Both the position numbers and the translations under genes were made by a program. A stretch of DNA of 33,011 nucleotides from a virus (Duplodnaviria; Caudoviricetes), in IMG/VR virus record IMGVR_UViG_3300037439_000120, positions 1 to 33,011 of that record; one strand, written 5' to 3'. How positions within the stretch are numbered: the first letter of the stretch is position 1; each line of letters opens with the position of its first letter. The notes below the pieces were generated by a model. The model was not told the DNA's origin and did not search any database. It saw nothing but the letters and a program-made list of their open reading frames with translations. This document shows, piece by piece, positions 24,118 through 32,691 of the stretch.

Positions 24118-24864
24118 CTAAGCTTGCGCCGGGCTCCAGTCAGGCAGAAATGACAGGATCAGCGGGGTTAGCCCCTGCAGCGGTGTCATAGTCGCAAGAA
24201 CAATTCCGTCCGTCGTCATCGTTCGCATGAGCGCTTCCACATACAGGTTTTGATCTGCCTCTTCATCGATCCATACGCCATGCTGGCTCGTGCCCTGAAA
24301 TATCTCGCGCCCCTGATCATATGACCGAAACTGCACCAGCGACATCCCACCACTACTGTGCTTGACGTGTGCATTCTCGACCGCATCTGGCACGCCAGCT
24401 TTTGCAATGGTGCGGGCTATGCTTGCCTGCGGAATCATGCCAGTACCCTGCAGCTCTGCATTACCTGGCGGACCTAGCAACTTCTCCTGAATGATATCGC
24501 GCGTGGTGCGCGCCGTGTCGCCCGCAACGATCCAATGTGTTGGTGTAGTGAACCGCTTGCCGACCCACCAGTGCGGGTACCAGCCAATCAAGTGACAGGC
24601 AACCTCATACGATCCCGCGAAGCTTTTGCCGGCCCGATTGCCCCCCAGCAGTAGCCGCTCTTTGTGCACAGCCCCATGCGCGAAGAACTCTGTGTGCCTC
24701 GGATACAACTCCCGCCTAAGCGGGCCTTCGTCGGGGTAGTAGCTGTACAGCTTCTCGCGCTCAGTGAGTCGATTTAGAGCCAACGTCAAGCGGTAAAGCT
24801 CCGCCGCTTCCTCGTCCGTCAATGCGGCTATGTGCTGCGGCGTAAATCTCGGCAAGGCGGACAT
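24118..24864 (-). CDS. terL: terminase large subunit, N-terminal ATPase part
   Basis: Walker A GGNRAGKS, Walker B VWIDEE, SYDQGRE.FQG and coupling motif TMTPLQG; stops 21 codons after the TP. Confidence 0.92.
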   Translation of the reverse strand: MSALPRFTPQHIAALTDEEAAELYRLTLALNRLTEREKLYSYYPDEGPLRRELYPRHTEFFAHGAVHKERLLLGGNRAGKSFAGSYEVACHLIGWYPHWWVGKRFTTPTHWIVAGDTARTTRDIIQEKLLGPPGNAELQGTGMIPQASIARTIAKAGVPDAVENAHVKHSSGGMSLVQFRSYDQGREIFQGTSQHGVWIDEEADQNLYVEALMRTMTTDGIVLATMTPLQGLTPLILSFLPDWSPAQA

Positions 24865-25147
24865 TCATTTGATCCCGTGCAAGGTTCTCTGCGTGCTCCC
24901 CTGGGTCGTGCTCGACTGCCTTCAAGTCAGGTAGGAGCTTCCCGAGCTTCCGCCAGCTGTTATCCGAAAGCAGCTTCAGGGCGCCGACCTGGGCCGGCTC
25001 AAGCGACTTCCATTTCGCCTTGATCTTCTTGTTGACCTTCTCGATATCGGCCAAAGCGCCATCCGCGTCGATCTTCTCGCGCAGGTTCTTTCGGTACTCC
25101 CCCCTATACGCGGCAAGCCTGGGACTTCTTTGTGGTGTATCAGCCAT
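24761..25147 (-). CDS. terS: terminase small subunit
   Basis: 128 aa with R.KI...L....Q..A...L.K.LPDLKAVE motif; directly upstream of terL. Confidence 0.75.
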   Translation of the reverse strand: MADTPQRSPRLAAYRGEYRKNLREKIDADGALADIEKVNKKIKAKWKSLEPAQVGALKLLSDNSWRKLGKLLPDLKAVEHDPGEHAENLARDQMNVRLAEIYAAAHSRIDGRGSGGALPLDVGSKSTH

Positions 25148-25415
25148 TTATCCCCACCTCGCCAAGCTTCGTATCTCGCATCCACTGCGCCTTAAATCCA
25201 TACCAGCCGTGCCAAAAGATCACCAGCTGACACCATTCTTTGCGATCCCATTCAATGGGACAGTGATAGCCGTAACTCGGCAGCTTGAGCATGAATAGGT
25301 ATGCCTCATCGCATTGACGTTGCTGCACCTCTTCGCGCCATTCTGGATATTTGACGACGCCGAACCATATCCATTTGTCGGGAATCTCCCCTACCTTGAC
25401 GCGCGGAAGTAGCAT
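25140..25415 (-). CDS. hypothetical Trp-rich protein
   Basis: 91-aa ORF overlapping the terS start. Confidence 0.55.
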   Translation of the reverse strand: MLLPRVKVGEIPDKWIWFGVVKYPEWREEVQQRQCDEAYLFMLKLPSYGYHCPIEWDRKEWCQLVIFWHGWYGFKAQWMRDTKLGEVGING

Positions 25416-25419
25416 TAGT

Positions 25420-25626
25420 TCACCACCTCGACGCGTCTCTCGCTCCCAGTGGTAGACTTCGCTCGCTGGATGCGATGAGCGCGGCGGCAGTCACGTCCAC
25501 TAACCCTGGCAATGCACGCTCACCGGTCAAGGCGCTGGCAATAGACGAGTTACTGGTGAATTGCCCCCAGTTGGATTCGACGCCAACTGAGTCAGCGCCG
25601 GTCAAAAGACCATCCAGCCTCTTCAT
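25420..25626 (-). CDS. hypothetical protein
   Basis: ATG at 25626 (MKRLDGLL) overlapping the upstream TGA. Confidence 0.4.
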   Translation of the reverse strand: MKRLDGLLTGADSVGVESNWGQFTSNSSIASALTGERALPGLVDVTAAALIASSERSLPLGARDASRW

Positions 25627-25802
25627 TGTGTCCTCGTGCTCTGCGCTGTGACCATCCCGCTCCGGATATCCGCCAACTGCTGCTTGCCCGCCAACTCCCG
25701 GATCAGGTCCGCGATGTCGATCCCGCTGTTGCCGCACATCTCCAGCAGCATGGGATAGACCTCGTTGGCGACTGCGGTGACTTTCAGGTCTTTGCCGTTC
25801 AT
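25623..25802 (-). CDS. hypothetical 59-aa protein
   Basis: Manual translation MNGKDLKVTAVANEVYPMLLEM...; ATGA overlaps at both ends. Confidence 0.55.
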   Translation of the reverse strand: MNGKDLKVTAVANEVYPMLLEMCGNSGIDIADLIRELAGKQQLADIRSGMVTAQSTRTQ

Positions 25803-26161
25803 TCGATGCCCTGTAAATCGGTAATGTCGTAATCCAGTGCCTTCCGAATCGCCCCGTCGCTATCGCTGGCCTCGAACACCATCTGGCGCCGCTCCACGCG
25901 TAGACCATTGCGCATGGCGTTCTGGGCGCCGGTGATGATGACGTTGACCGAGGTGGCTGGCGTCAGGATGGTCCAGTCGAGTATTGCGTTACCTTGGTCC
26001 AGATCGTCCAGCCGATAGCGCATCCCGTCCGGCGTGGACGCCGCCAAATCCGCAGTAAGCGCACGGATCGTCACACGGAAAGCCTCGCCCTCGTTGATAC
26101 GAGGCGTCACGGCAACGCCAATGGGCGGGCCGAGCAGGCTGATGTCAATGCGACCAAGCAT
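25799..26161 (-). CDS. putative virion structural adaptor (beta-sandwich-like)
   Basis: 120 aa, beta-rich; translationally coupled within the structural-looking cluster. Confidence 0.55.
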   Translation of the reverse strand: MLGRIDISLLGPPIGVAVTPRINEGEAFRVTIRALTADLAASTPDGMRYRLDDLDQGNAILDWTILTPATSVNVIITGAQNAMRNGLRVERRQMVFEASDSDGAIRKALDYDITDLQGIE

Positions 26162-26415
26162 CAGCGCAGCAAAATAATGTCGGTGGCGGTGGTGCCTGTG
26201 TCTAACACCTTATCGACACAGATCGACAGCACGGTCCCGCCCTGCACGTTGATAAAGATTGGCGTCGAAAGGTCGCCCGCCATGCGTACAGCCACGTTGC
26301 CTGTGACGCCAACATAGAGCCCGCGCCCCGGTGGATCGTAAATAGTGTCATTCGACTTCGTGATCGTGACCGACCCCGCGGCCGAACTGATCTCCCGACT
26401 AACCTTTGCGTTCAT
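26161..26415 (-). CDS. head spike base protein, RcGTA Rcc01079-like
   Basis: 84 aa with S.D......RGLYVG..GNVAVRM.......F.NV..GT.L.I.V.KVL.TGTTATDI..L signature. Confidence 0.8.
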   Translation of the reverse strand: MNAKVSREISSAAGSVTITKSNDTIYDPPGRGLYVGVTGNVAVRMAGDLSTPIFINVQGGTVLSICVDKVLDTGTTATDIILLR

Positions 26416-26421
26416 AATTCC

Positions 26422-26880
26422 TCAAGTGCCTAAACCAAGTCGATTGGCCAGCCAGCCAAAGCCACGCGGATCGGATGACGACGGGTCGGGCGTCGTCGTG
26501 CTTGTGAACGTATCCGCCACCCCGCCAATCGTGACCACGGTATTCGTGGCGGTGAGGTAACTCGCGCTGCTCGTGTGTCGCGCCCGGACTTCATCGCCAA
26601 CGTCAACCGTCCCGGCATCAGCGGTAAATGCACCGCCATTGATGCTGTAGAGCGGCGTTGATGCGCCACTGACCGTAATCGCAGCGGCTGCATCAATGCC
26701 CGTGACCGTGATCGGTGCGCTAGTGATCGTGCTCGAGAGTGCAACACCTGACTGATCCGTGAAGCTGAACTGGTCGGGGGTGGTGTCGCCGCCTGCGGTC
26801 TTCCCAGCGAACGATCCGTAGTTGAACCCTGGGCCACCGTAGGGCCACAGCCGGGTTACCTGGGCGCCAGAGAGAGACAT
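26422..26880 (-). CDS. putative head fibre/spike protein with Ig-like domain
   Basis: DTTPDQFSFTDQ.GV..S....S..IT.TGI...YSINGG.FT...GTV..GD.V..R.TSS....T....VTIGG..DTF..TT, a beta-sandwich repeat unit typical of surface proteins. Confidence 0.65.
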   Translation of the reverse strand: MSLSGAQVTRLWPYGGPGFNYGSFAGKTAGGDTTPDQFSFTDQSGVALSSTITSAPITVTGIDAAAAITVSGASTPLYSINGGAFTADAGTVDVGDEVRARHTSSASYLTATNTVVTIGGVADTFTSTTTPDPSSSDPRGFGWLANRLGLGT

Positions 26881-28406
26881 CAGACAATCTTGAAGGTGTC
26901 GCCGTTACCAGGCGCTATCGTCAGAGCGGTGAACGTCAGCAAGCCGCCTGTATTGGCATAGTCGCTGATGTCCGAGGCCTCGCCCTCGCAAGCCCCGCTC
27001 AGCCAGATAACAATGCGCCCGATGAATTGATCATCGGCGTACCCAGTCAAGTCCGTGGTGGCTTGGGTTGTCGACAGCGTCCCGGTCGCGGCCGCGCCAG
27101 TGATGACTCCAGACACAAGATCAGCGACAGCTGCATCGACCTCGGCATTGACATCAGCCTTGGCCTGAGTCGCGAGTCCGCCAATGGTCCCAGTGACATT
27201 GCCGTCAACGTTGCCCGTGACGCTTCCGACGGCGCCAGTCACAGAGCCGACGGCGCCCGCAACGGACCCTACCGCGCCAGTCACCGATCCAACCGAGCCC
27301 GACAGGTTACCGGTGATGTTGCCAACGATGTCCATCGTCTGATTTGGGAGATTGATGTTGGTCAGCCCGGCACCTGCGGTTCCAATCTCGGCCGTGTCCA
27401 ACAGAATCGCGTCAACATTGCTGTCCACTGTCGCCAGGGCGGCGGCAGTAGCTAGTCCACTCTGGAACTCAGTCGTCACATCCGCCGCGAACTTAGCGGC
27501 AGTGAACGCATCGCTCGCAATCTTGGCGGCGGTAATGCCGCCATCGGCCAACGCCGCCGTTACTGGCACGCTCGTAGAGCCGCCGGCCGCCATGATGGCG
27601 ACCTCATCGCCGGTGGCAATCGTGAAGCCTGGAGCGCTCTCGAGCGTGACCGTCTTTGTGCTGCCCGTGTAATCGCTGACGAAGCACACCCATTTTTGGG
27701 CCGCGGTCGCCTGATCGGTAAAAATCACCGCCATGCCGTTGTAGGCATCGTCGTCAGCGCTGCCGGCCGTCAGTGTAAAGCTCGTTTGCGTGGCCAGCGT
27801 CGCGATGGTCGTATCAACCAGCACATCGGGTGATGTGCCTGCCGTGATCCCGGCAATGTCGGCCTGTACCGCGTCGATCTCTGCGATAAGCTCCGTGTTG
27901 GTTGGCGGGTCGTATGCCGTGAGTGCGTCAGCGCATTCGCTCTGCACCTCGGCATCCCACGCAGCGTTCCAGGGGACTGCCGTCAATCCAGCGCCTGCCG
28001 CTCCAATGTCGTCTGTCTGCGCCTCGATCGCCGCGATATCTGCAGAGACTGAAGCGCCGGCCGGGGCGCCGAGGCGAGTAAATGCAGCGCCGCGCCCGAT
28101 GGTGAACTGTTCGATCACGTAACCAACAGCGCTGACGGCATCCACCGTGCCAGTCGTGATAACCAGGGACACGTCACTGCCGTCGGTGTACCCGTTGCCG
28201 GAGGTCGCCACGACACGCACATTGTTCAGCCCTGTCACCCCATCAAAGTCGGCCGACAGCGTGATACCGGCAGTGATCTGTGTCGTGGAATTGCCAACGT
28301 AAGCGGACACCACGGGAGTACCCGAGAGTGTCGCGGGCAGTCCCGTGTCGGGTTCGGTCGTTGTGAATTTCACATCGATCGTTTCGCCAATCGTGATATC
28401 TCTCAT
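26880..28406 (-). CDS. large Ala/Thr/Gly-rich fibre-like virion protein (508 aa)
   Basis: ATG at 28406 (ATGA overlap). Two copies of an ADD.Y/F.G.......I/VSDY.....T.......GD...I domain, repeated IG.AGAGLT motifs and GSVTGAV repeats. Confidence 0.7.
   Translation of the reverse strand: MRDITIGETIDVKFTTTEPDTGLPATLSGTPVVSAYVGNSTTQITAGITLSADFDGVTGLNNVRVVATSGNGYTDGSDVSLVITTGTVDAVSAVGYVIEQFTIGRGAAFTRLGAPAGASVSADIAAIEAQTDDIGAAGAGLTAVPWNAAWDAEVQSECADALTAYDPPTNTELIAEIDAVQADIAGITAGTSPDVLVDTTIATLATQTSFTLTAGSADDDAYNGMAVIFTDQATAAQKWVCFVSDYTGSTKTVTLESAPGFTIATGDEVAIMAAGGSTSVPVTAALADGGITAAKIASDAFTAAKFAADVTTEFQSGLATAAALATVDSNVDAILLDTAEIGTAGAGLTNINLPNQTMDIVGNITGNLSGSVGSVTGAVGSVAGAVGSVTGAVGSVTGNVDGNVTGTIGGLATQAKADVNAEVDAAVADLVSGVITGAAATGTLSTTQATTDLTGYADDQFIGRIVIWLSGACEGEASDISDYANTGGLLTFTALTIAPGNGDTFKIV
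27190..27300 (-). repeat. degenerate 21-bp coding repeat (GSVTGAV heptads)
   Basis: Protein GSVGSVTGAVGSVAGAVGSVTGAVGSVTGNVDGNVTG. Confidence 0.75.
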
Positions 28407-29125
28407 AGCCTTCTCACCAGCAGATTGCCGCCTACGAGCTTCCCTCCCACCAAACGTCCACGACCTGTCGGACCTCCACCACCCGCGCCGGCCCCATTGA
28501 CCAGTATCGACACGCCAATTGCATCGCGCGTGTTCGTCCATGACAGCGTGCGCGTGCCGGTCGCGCCGGTCGCTGTCAGCGTCTCGTAATAGACGCGGCC
28601 CGTATTGGTGGCTTCCGTGCCCTCCGAAATGCCGAGCGTCATTCCACTGGGATCAGTGTAGGTGCCGGCTGGGTCACCGATGCCGTAGGCAGCAAGCAGT
28701 CCCTGGCCGTCCGTGCCGCTCACTGAAGGCGCGGCGATACTTGTTACGCCTGCAGCTGCCGTGCCCGCGGTGACGCTCGCTACCGACAGCGCGCTCGACC
28801 CGCGAATCGTCAGCAGCTGCGTTGTCCCGAAGATCGATCCACCGTTGATCGACACGGTGAACGTAGCGCCCTCAGTGCCGTCGATGACTCGGGTGAACAC
28901 ATCGAGCCGGGACTCGTCGGTGCCGGTACCCCCTACGACAAAGCTGCCTTGATCCGTGAAGCCCGTCGGAGTGTTGACGTTTTTGTCACCGTTCTCGTAA
29001 AACGAGACGACGATGACTGCCAGGTCGCCGATCGCACTGCCTGTATCTTTCGTATGGTCGGTCGTGCTCCACGCAGACCCGCCATTGTCGAAGCTTGCGC
29101 CGGTGCTGACTTTACTGAGGGCCAT
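28403..29125 (-). CDS. Thr/Gly-rich beta-sandwich structural-like protein
   Basis: 240 aa: GDL..I.V....TPTGFT...V.TR..DGTE...., .APSV, PSGMT, ATGATGTRT; Gly linker and short C-terminal peptide. Confidence 0.65.
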   Translation of the reverse strand: MALSKVSTGASFDNGGSAWSTTDHTKDTGSAIGDLAVIVVSFYENGDKNVNTPTGFTDQGSFVVGGTGTDESRLDVFTRVIDGTEGATFTVSINGGSIFGTTQLLTIRGSSALSVASVTAGTAAAGVTSIAAPSVSGTDGQGLLAAYGIGDPAGTYTDPSGMTLGISEGTEATNTGRVYYETLTATGATGTRTLSWTNTRDAIGVSILVNGAGAGGGGPTGRGRLVGGKLVGGNLLVRRL

Positions 29126-30141
29126 TACTGAATCGTCCTGGCCGTGGTCTGCACCAGCGTATTGCTCGCATTGAAAACGTACTCATAGACCGTGCCGGTA
29201 GATAGCAGCCCCTTGTTTGGGATGTACTCAATCAACGTATCGCTGCGCGATGTCGTGCGCTGAATCTCCGTGATCGTTGCGCTCGCATAGGTTGCGTGAT
29301 TGCCCAGTTCGACGCGGGACCAACCGCGCTGGATGTGCACGGTGGATGTGTAGATGTCCGCCCCATCGTTTGCAGGCGCGCTGCCGTCTCCATCCCACGC
29401 CCAGTAATCGCCGAGGCGAAACTCGGTCGGGTACTGCGTCGTGCCGAGTGCCCCGCGATACGTGCCGTCGTAAATCTCGCTGAACGCTTGGCCCGCGCGA
29501 GCCCGGCTGAAGTTGATGACGTCGGTACTTGCGAAAGTCTGCGGGATACGAAACCGTAAGCGGAAGTGCGCCCAGCCGCCCTCTGTGATCGGTGCTGACA
29601 CAAACGGCAAGGTATCGCGAGTGTAGAACTGAGTCTGCGTTTCGACGCCCGGCGCAATGTGCGTCAGCGCGAAGTGATCGCCGTCGCCGGTGTTATCGTA
29701 GAACCGAAATGTCTTGAAATTGCGCGTCCACTCTGTCGTGGTGTTCGCCGGCTGGCGTGACACCTTGTGCCACCAGTCGATGTACCAATCGTCCGTGAAT
29801 GTCTCGTTGAGGCACAGAGCGGCCACGGTGACATTGGCGCCCTCGGCGCGAAGGTCGTGATAAGCACCGCGCGTGTGCACACCGCGAGCGGCGGCGGCCG
29901 CATTGGAGCGGTACACCTGCGAGTCACCGGAGCCGCCCTCCCAGGTACCGACGATGCCCGGAGTTAGGGTAACCAGCGCGTCGAGCGTGCCGGTCGAAAA
30001 GTCGTCGTAAACAACCGGCGCCGGCGAGCCTACGGCACCGAAGCCAGATCCGGAAATGCTCGCAGTCTCGCCGTGGACCAAATCGCCACCGCCGCCTCCA
30101 CCACCCTGCGCAGCTGTCGAGCGAATGAAAAAGAAACTCAT
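29125..30141 (-). CDS. carbohydrate-binding/lectin-fold-like protein
   Basis: 338 aa with a poly-Gly linker, ISGSGFG, YDDF, NFK.FR, W.H and RVELGN motifs; ConA/jelly-roll character inferred. Confidence 0.55.
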   Translation of the reverse strand: MSFFFIRSTAAQGGGGGGGDLVHGETASISGSGFGAVGSPAPVVYDDFSTGTLDALVTLTPGIVGTWEGGSGDSQVYRSNAAAAARGVHTRGAYHDLRAEGANVTVAALCLNETFTDDWYIDWWHKVSRQPANTTTEWTRNFKTFRFYDNTGDGDHFALTHIAPGVETQTQFYTRDTLPFVSAPITEGGWAHFRLRFRIPQTFASTDVINFSRARAGQAFSEIYDGTYRGALGTTQYPTEFRLGDYWAWDGDGSAPANDGADIYTSTVHIQRGWSRVELGNHATYASATITEIQRTTSRSDTLIEYIPNKGLLSTGTVYEYVFNASNTLVQTTARTIQ

Positions 30142-30208
30142 AACGTGTCAACAAATCCGACATAGGTGCATATGTGAACTCGGCCCTCGCCGGCACCAGA
30201 CATCACGC

Positions 30209-30214
30209 TATGCT
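30209..30214 (+). promoter_or_regulatory. -10 element for a probably leaderless acyltransferase mRNA
   Basis: TATGCT 6 nt before ATG 30221; no SD and no clear -35. Confidence 0.4.
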
Positions 30215-30220
30215 CGCCCG

Positions 30221-31198
30221 ATGAAACAGCGACTCGTGTTCGTCGATGGCTTGCGTGGAATCGCGGCCTGCATGGTGGTGCTCTGTCATCTCGTCGGCCG
30301 TACCTCAGCCGACTGGCTGACACATCGGGGCTACCTGGGCGTCGCAATATTTTTCGTACTTTCGGGGTACGTCATCACCATGACGGTCGGCGATCGGCGC
30401 ATCACGCTGTCGTTCCTCGGACGATTCGCGGCGAGACGCTCGATCCGCCTCGACCCGCCGTATTGGGCGAGCATTGCTCTAGCCCTTTTGCTAGCCATCG
30501 CTGCGGCACAGATAGGCGTATCCAAGGCGCTGCCCTCGGCGTCCACCCTTGTGGCCCACCTCGCCTATGCGCAGGACCTCTTGCAGTTGGAGGCCATCTC
30601 ATCCATCTACTGGACGCTGTGCTATGAGATTCAGTTCTACCTGTTTCTCATCGTGCTGCTCTGGATCACACAGCGGACGAGTGCCTTTCTGCCAATCTGG
30701 TTCGCCGTCCTCGGCATTTCGTTGCTCGACAACGCCAACCTCATCGACGGCCTGCCCGGGCTTTTCATTTCCCATTGGTACGCATTCGCGCTGGGATCGA
30801 TGACCTACTGGGTCAGCAGCGGCAAACAGCCACAATGGGCTCTCGTGGTTGCCATCGGCTTGACGCTCGTGACCGCACCCCTAGCGCATACAGACTGGAG
30901 CATCACTGCGGTCGTTACAGCGGCCGCGCTTTACGCCGCGTCTCGATTCGGGACCATGGGGACTTGGCTATCCGGCCCGATCAGCCAATTCCTCGGCCGC
31001 ACCTCGTACAGCCTCTACCTGTTCCATCCGCTCATCGGATGGACGGCTCAAAGCGTGGCGCTCAAGTTCGTCGGCCAGTGGACCGCATTGGCGGTCGGCA
31101 TCGCTGCCAGCGTCGTGTCGGCGTGGGTTGCCTACGCCATCCTGGAGCGGCCCAGCATCAGCCTCAGTCGCAGGATCGCGCTCCAGAGGGCCTCTTAG
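30221..31198 (+). CDS. acyltransferase family 3 (OafA/Oac-like surface-glycan O-acetyltransferase)
   Basis: DGLRGIAA..VV..H, GV.IFFVLSGYVI, F..RR..RL.PPY, YWTL.YE.QFY, LG..SYSLYL.H, ERP; about 10 TM segments. Confidence 0.92.
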   Translation: MKQRLVFVDGLRGIAACMVVLCHLVGRTSADWLTHRGYLGVAIFFVLSGYVITMTVGDRRITLSFLGRFAARRSIRLDPPYWASIALALLLAIAAAQIGVSKALPSASTLVAHLAYAQDLLQLEAISSIYWTLCYEIQFYLFLIVLLWITQRTSAFLPIWFAVLGISLLDNANLIDGLPGLFISHWYAFALGSMTYWVSSGKQPQWALVVAIGLTLVTAPLAHTDWSITAVVTAAALYAASRFGTMGTWLSGPISQFLGRTSYSLYLFHPLIGWTAQSVALKFVGQWTALAVGIAASVVSAWVAYAILERPSISLSRRIALQRAS

Positions 31199-31223
31199 AT
31201 GTTTGCGCTCGCCAACGGGATAT

Positions 31224-31448
31224 TCATCCTGATATTTGTGGCCGTGTACTTTTTCGCGAACCGGCCGGAAAAGCCGAAACGGCGACGTCGCGCTGGCCGG
31301 TGAGCCACGCCCGCGTCTTCGCCCGGCTCATCCATACCGCGTTATGGATCCTTGTTGGGTGCCAGCTGCACGTCCGCGGCGGGTCCGCCGGATAGCATTT
31401 TGCCAGCGGACACATGATCAGTTCACGGATGCGCTGAGTCGGCGTCAT
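31224..31448 (-). CDS. possible hypothetical protein
   Basis: ATG at 31448 overlaps the upstream TGA; no recognisable motif. Confidence 0.25.
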   Translation of the reverse strand: MTPTQRIRELIMCPLAKCYPADPPRTCSWHPTRIHNAVWMSRAKTRAWLTGQRDVAVSAFPAGSRKSTRPQISG

Positions 31449-32617
31449 GGAACGACCTTGGATACAGTGTTCGATGACGCGCTCTCCACGCCCTGAGTGG
31501 CGTACGCCCGGATGCTGAAATACCACGTGCCCGGCGATAGGCGTTCGATGATGTAATCGCTCAGCGCGGGATTCGCAACCTGCACCACTTGGGCGAGGTC
31601 GGGCGTCGTGCCGTACGAGATTCGATAGCCCGCGAGATTTGTTAGGCTTGAGCCATCCGTGTTCTGCGTCGGCGGCGTCCAGCTGAGCGCGGCAGTGCCG
31701 GTCGCCGGAACCGGTTCGGGCTCGGGGATTGGCACAGACCCGCCCGCCACCACATCGATGCCATTAAGCATGGCGTCGCCGGTCACTGAAGTCACAGCGA
31801 CGTCGATCGCGTCGTCGGTGACAGTCACGGTCCGCTCTTCGATGATGACGTCGCCAGCGGGCCGGTACGTGTCCAGGGCTGCGATCTGCGCGCCCTCAAT
31901 GGTTGCCGACAGCACGCGTTGACCCAGTGCCGAATTCCAGCACTCGCGCCACAGTAACCGGACGGTGTACTGGCCATTGGCCACCGGGATGCGATAGCGC
32001 AAGACGTCCGAAGCGTAGCGGCGCGTGGCAAAGATGCCGCTGTAGCTGCGGTTGCAGTTGCTGGTCGCGACGCCGTTGAGGTAATCCCGATCGGCCACGT
32101 AGTCGCTGATGGCTGGGCCGCCCGCGTTGATTTTGAGTGTCAGTGCAGGTGTTGTAACTGGCGCGCACATGTCCGTCGGTGGCTCGGCGGGTGTCCAGTC
32201 GCCTTGCACCCAGCAGTCTGGGTATGGCTGGAGTGTCCAGATACGGTCCTGCAGCCATGTGCCTACGGTCCCGGCGGGGCAGGTCCGCGACTCTTGCTCG
32301 TCGGCCGGCTTGGCGCCGCAAGTCGGGGTTGGCGCCGGGTGGAACGTGATGATGTCCCGATCCTCGAGCTGGCACTTGTACGTTGCCTGACCGCTGACCC
32401 TGGACTTTTTCTCGGCCTCGCCGAGCTCAGTCTTCAGGTCTAGGCACACCGGCAGCGTGAAGTCGGGCCGATATGTGGGGTGATTGGGATCACTTGCCGC
32501 AACGATTGACGGCCCACGGTACAGCTTGACGGCGGTCTGGTGCTCGACCGTGCCATCGGCGTGTGCAACGGACGCGCACAGCAGTACCACCGCCATGGCG
32601 CGGATCAGGACGAGCAT
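31445..32617 (-). CDS. secreted protein with Cys-rich region, malectin-like domain and C-terminal FN3 domain
   Basis: GGAGGT RBS, ATG at 32617, signal peptide ending AHA. Malectin-like INAGG...AD....T.RY....Y.IPV.NG.YTVRL.W.E......G.RV; FN3 LSWTPPTQNTDGS.LTNLAGYRI.YG...WYF.IRAY...GVES..SN. Confidence 0.85.
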   Translation of the reverse strand: MLVLIRAMAVVLLCASVAHADGTVEHQTAVKLYRGPSIVAASDPNHPTYRPDFTLPVCLDLKTELGEAEKKSRVSGQATYKCQLEDRDIITFHPAPTPTCGAKPADEQESRTCPAGTVGTWLQDRIWTLQPYPDCWVQGDWTPAEPPTDMCAPVTTPALTLKINAGGPAISDYVADRDYLNGVATSNCNRSYSGIFATRRYASDVLRYRIPVANGQYTVRLLWRECWNSALGQRVLSATIEGAQIAALDTYRPAGDVIIEERTVTVTDDAIDVAVTSVTGDAMLNGIDVVAGGSVPIPEPEPVPATGTAALSWTPPTQNTDGSSLTNLAGYRISYGTTPDLAQVVQVANPALSDYIIERLSPGTWYFSIRAYATQGVESASSNTVSKVVP

Positions 32618-32691
32618 TGAACCTCCGGGGAAAAGGGACCGCGCTCGACCGAGTGCCCGAAGGGGGACTGATTGGCGACTCGGCCAGCGCG

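Noticed and set aside
24115-24120. TAG readthrough or recoding fusing TerL-N to the in-frame HNH
   Set aside because: TAG is used as a normal stop elsewhere (endolysin 2040, intron HNH 17022, portal 20782), and readthrough would still not reach TerL-C, which is in another frame.
27190-27300. CRISPR-like or DGR-type repeat
   Set aside because: Degenerate in-frame coding heptads without spacers. No reverse transcriptase or adenine-specific TR/VR pair is seen; the 15241..15681 duplication differs mainly at synonymous sites.
30056-30220. N-terminal extension of the acyltransferase given by the ORF track
   Set aside because: It overlaps the opposite-strand gene 29125..30141; family similarity begins at MKQRLVFVDGLRG (30221).
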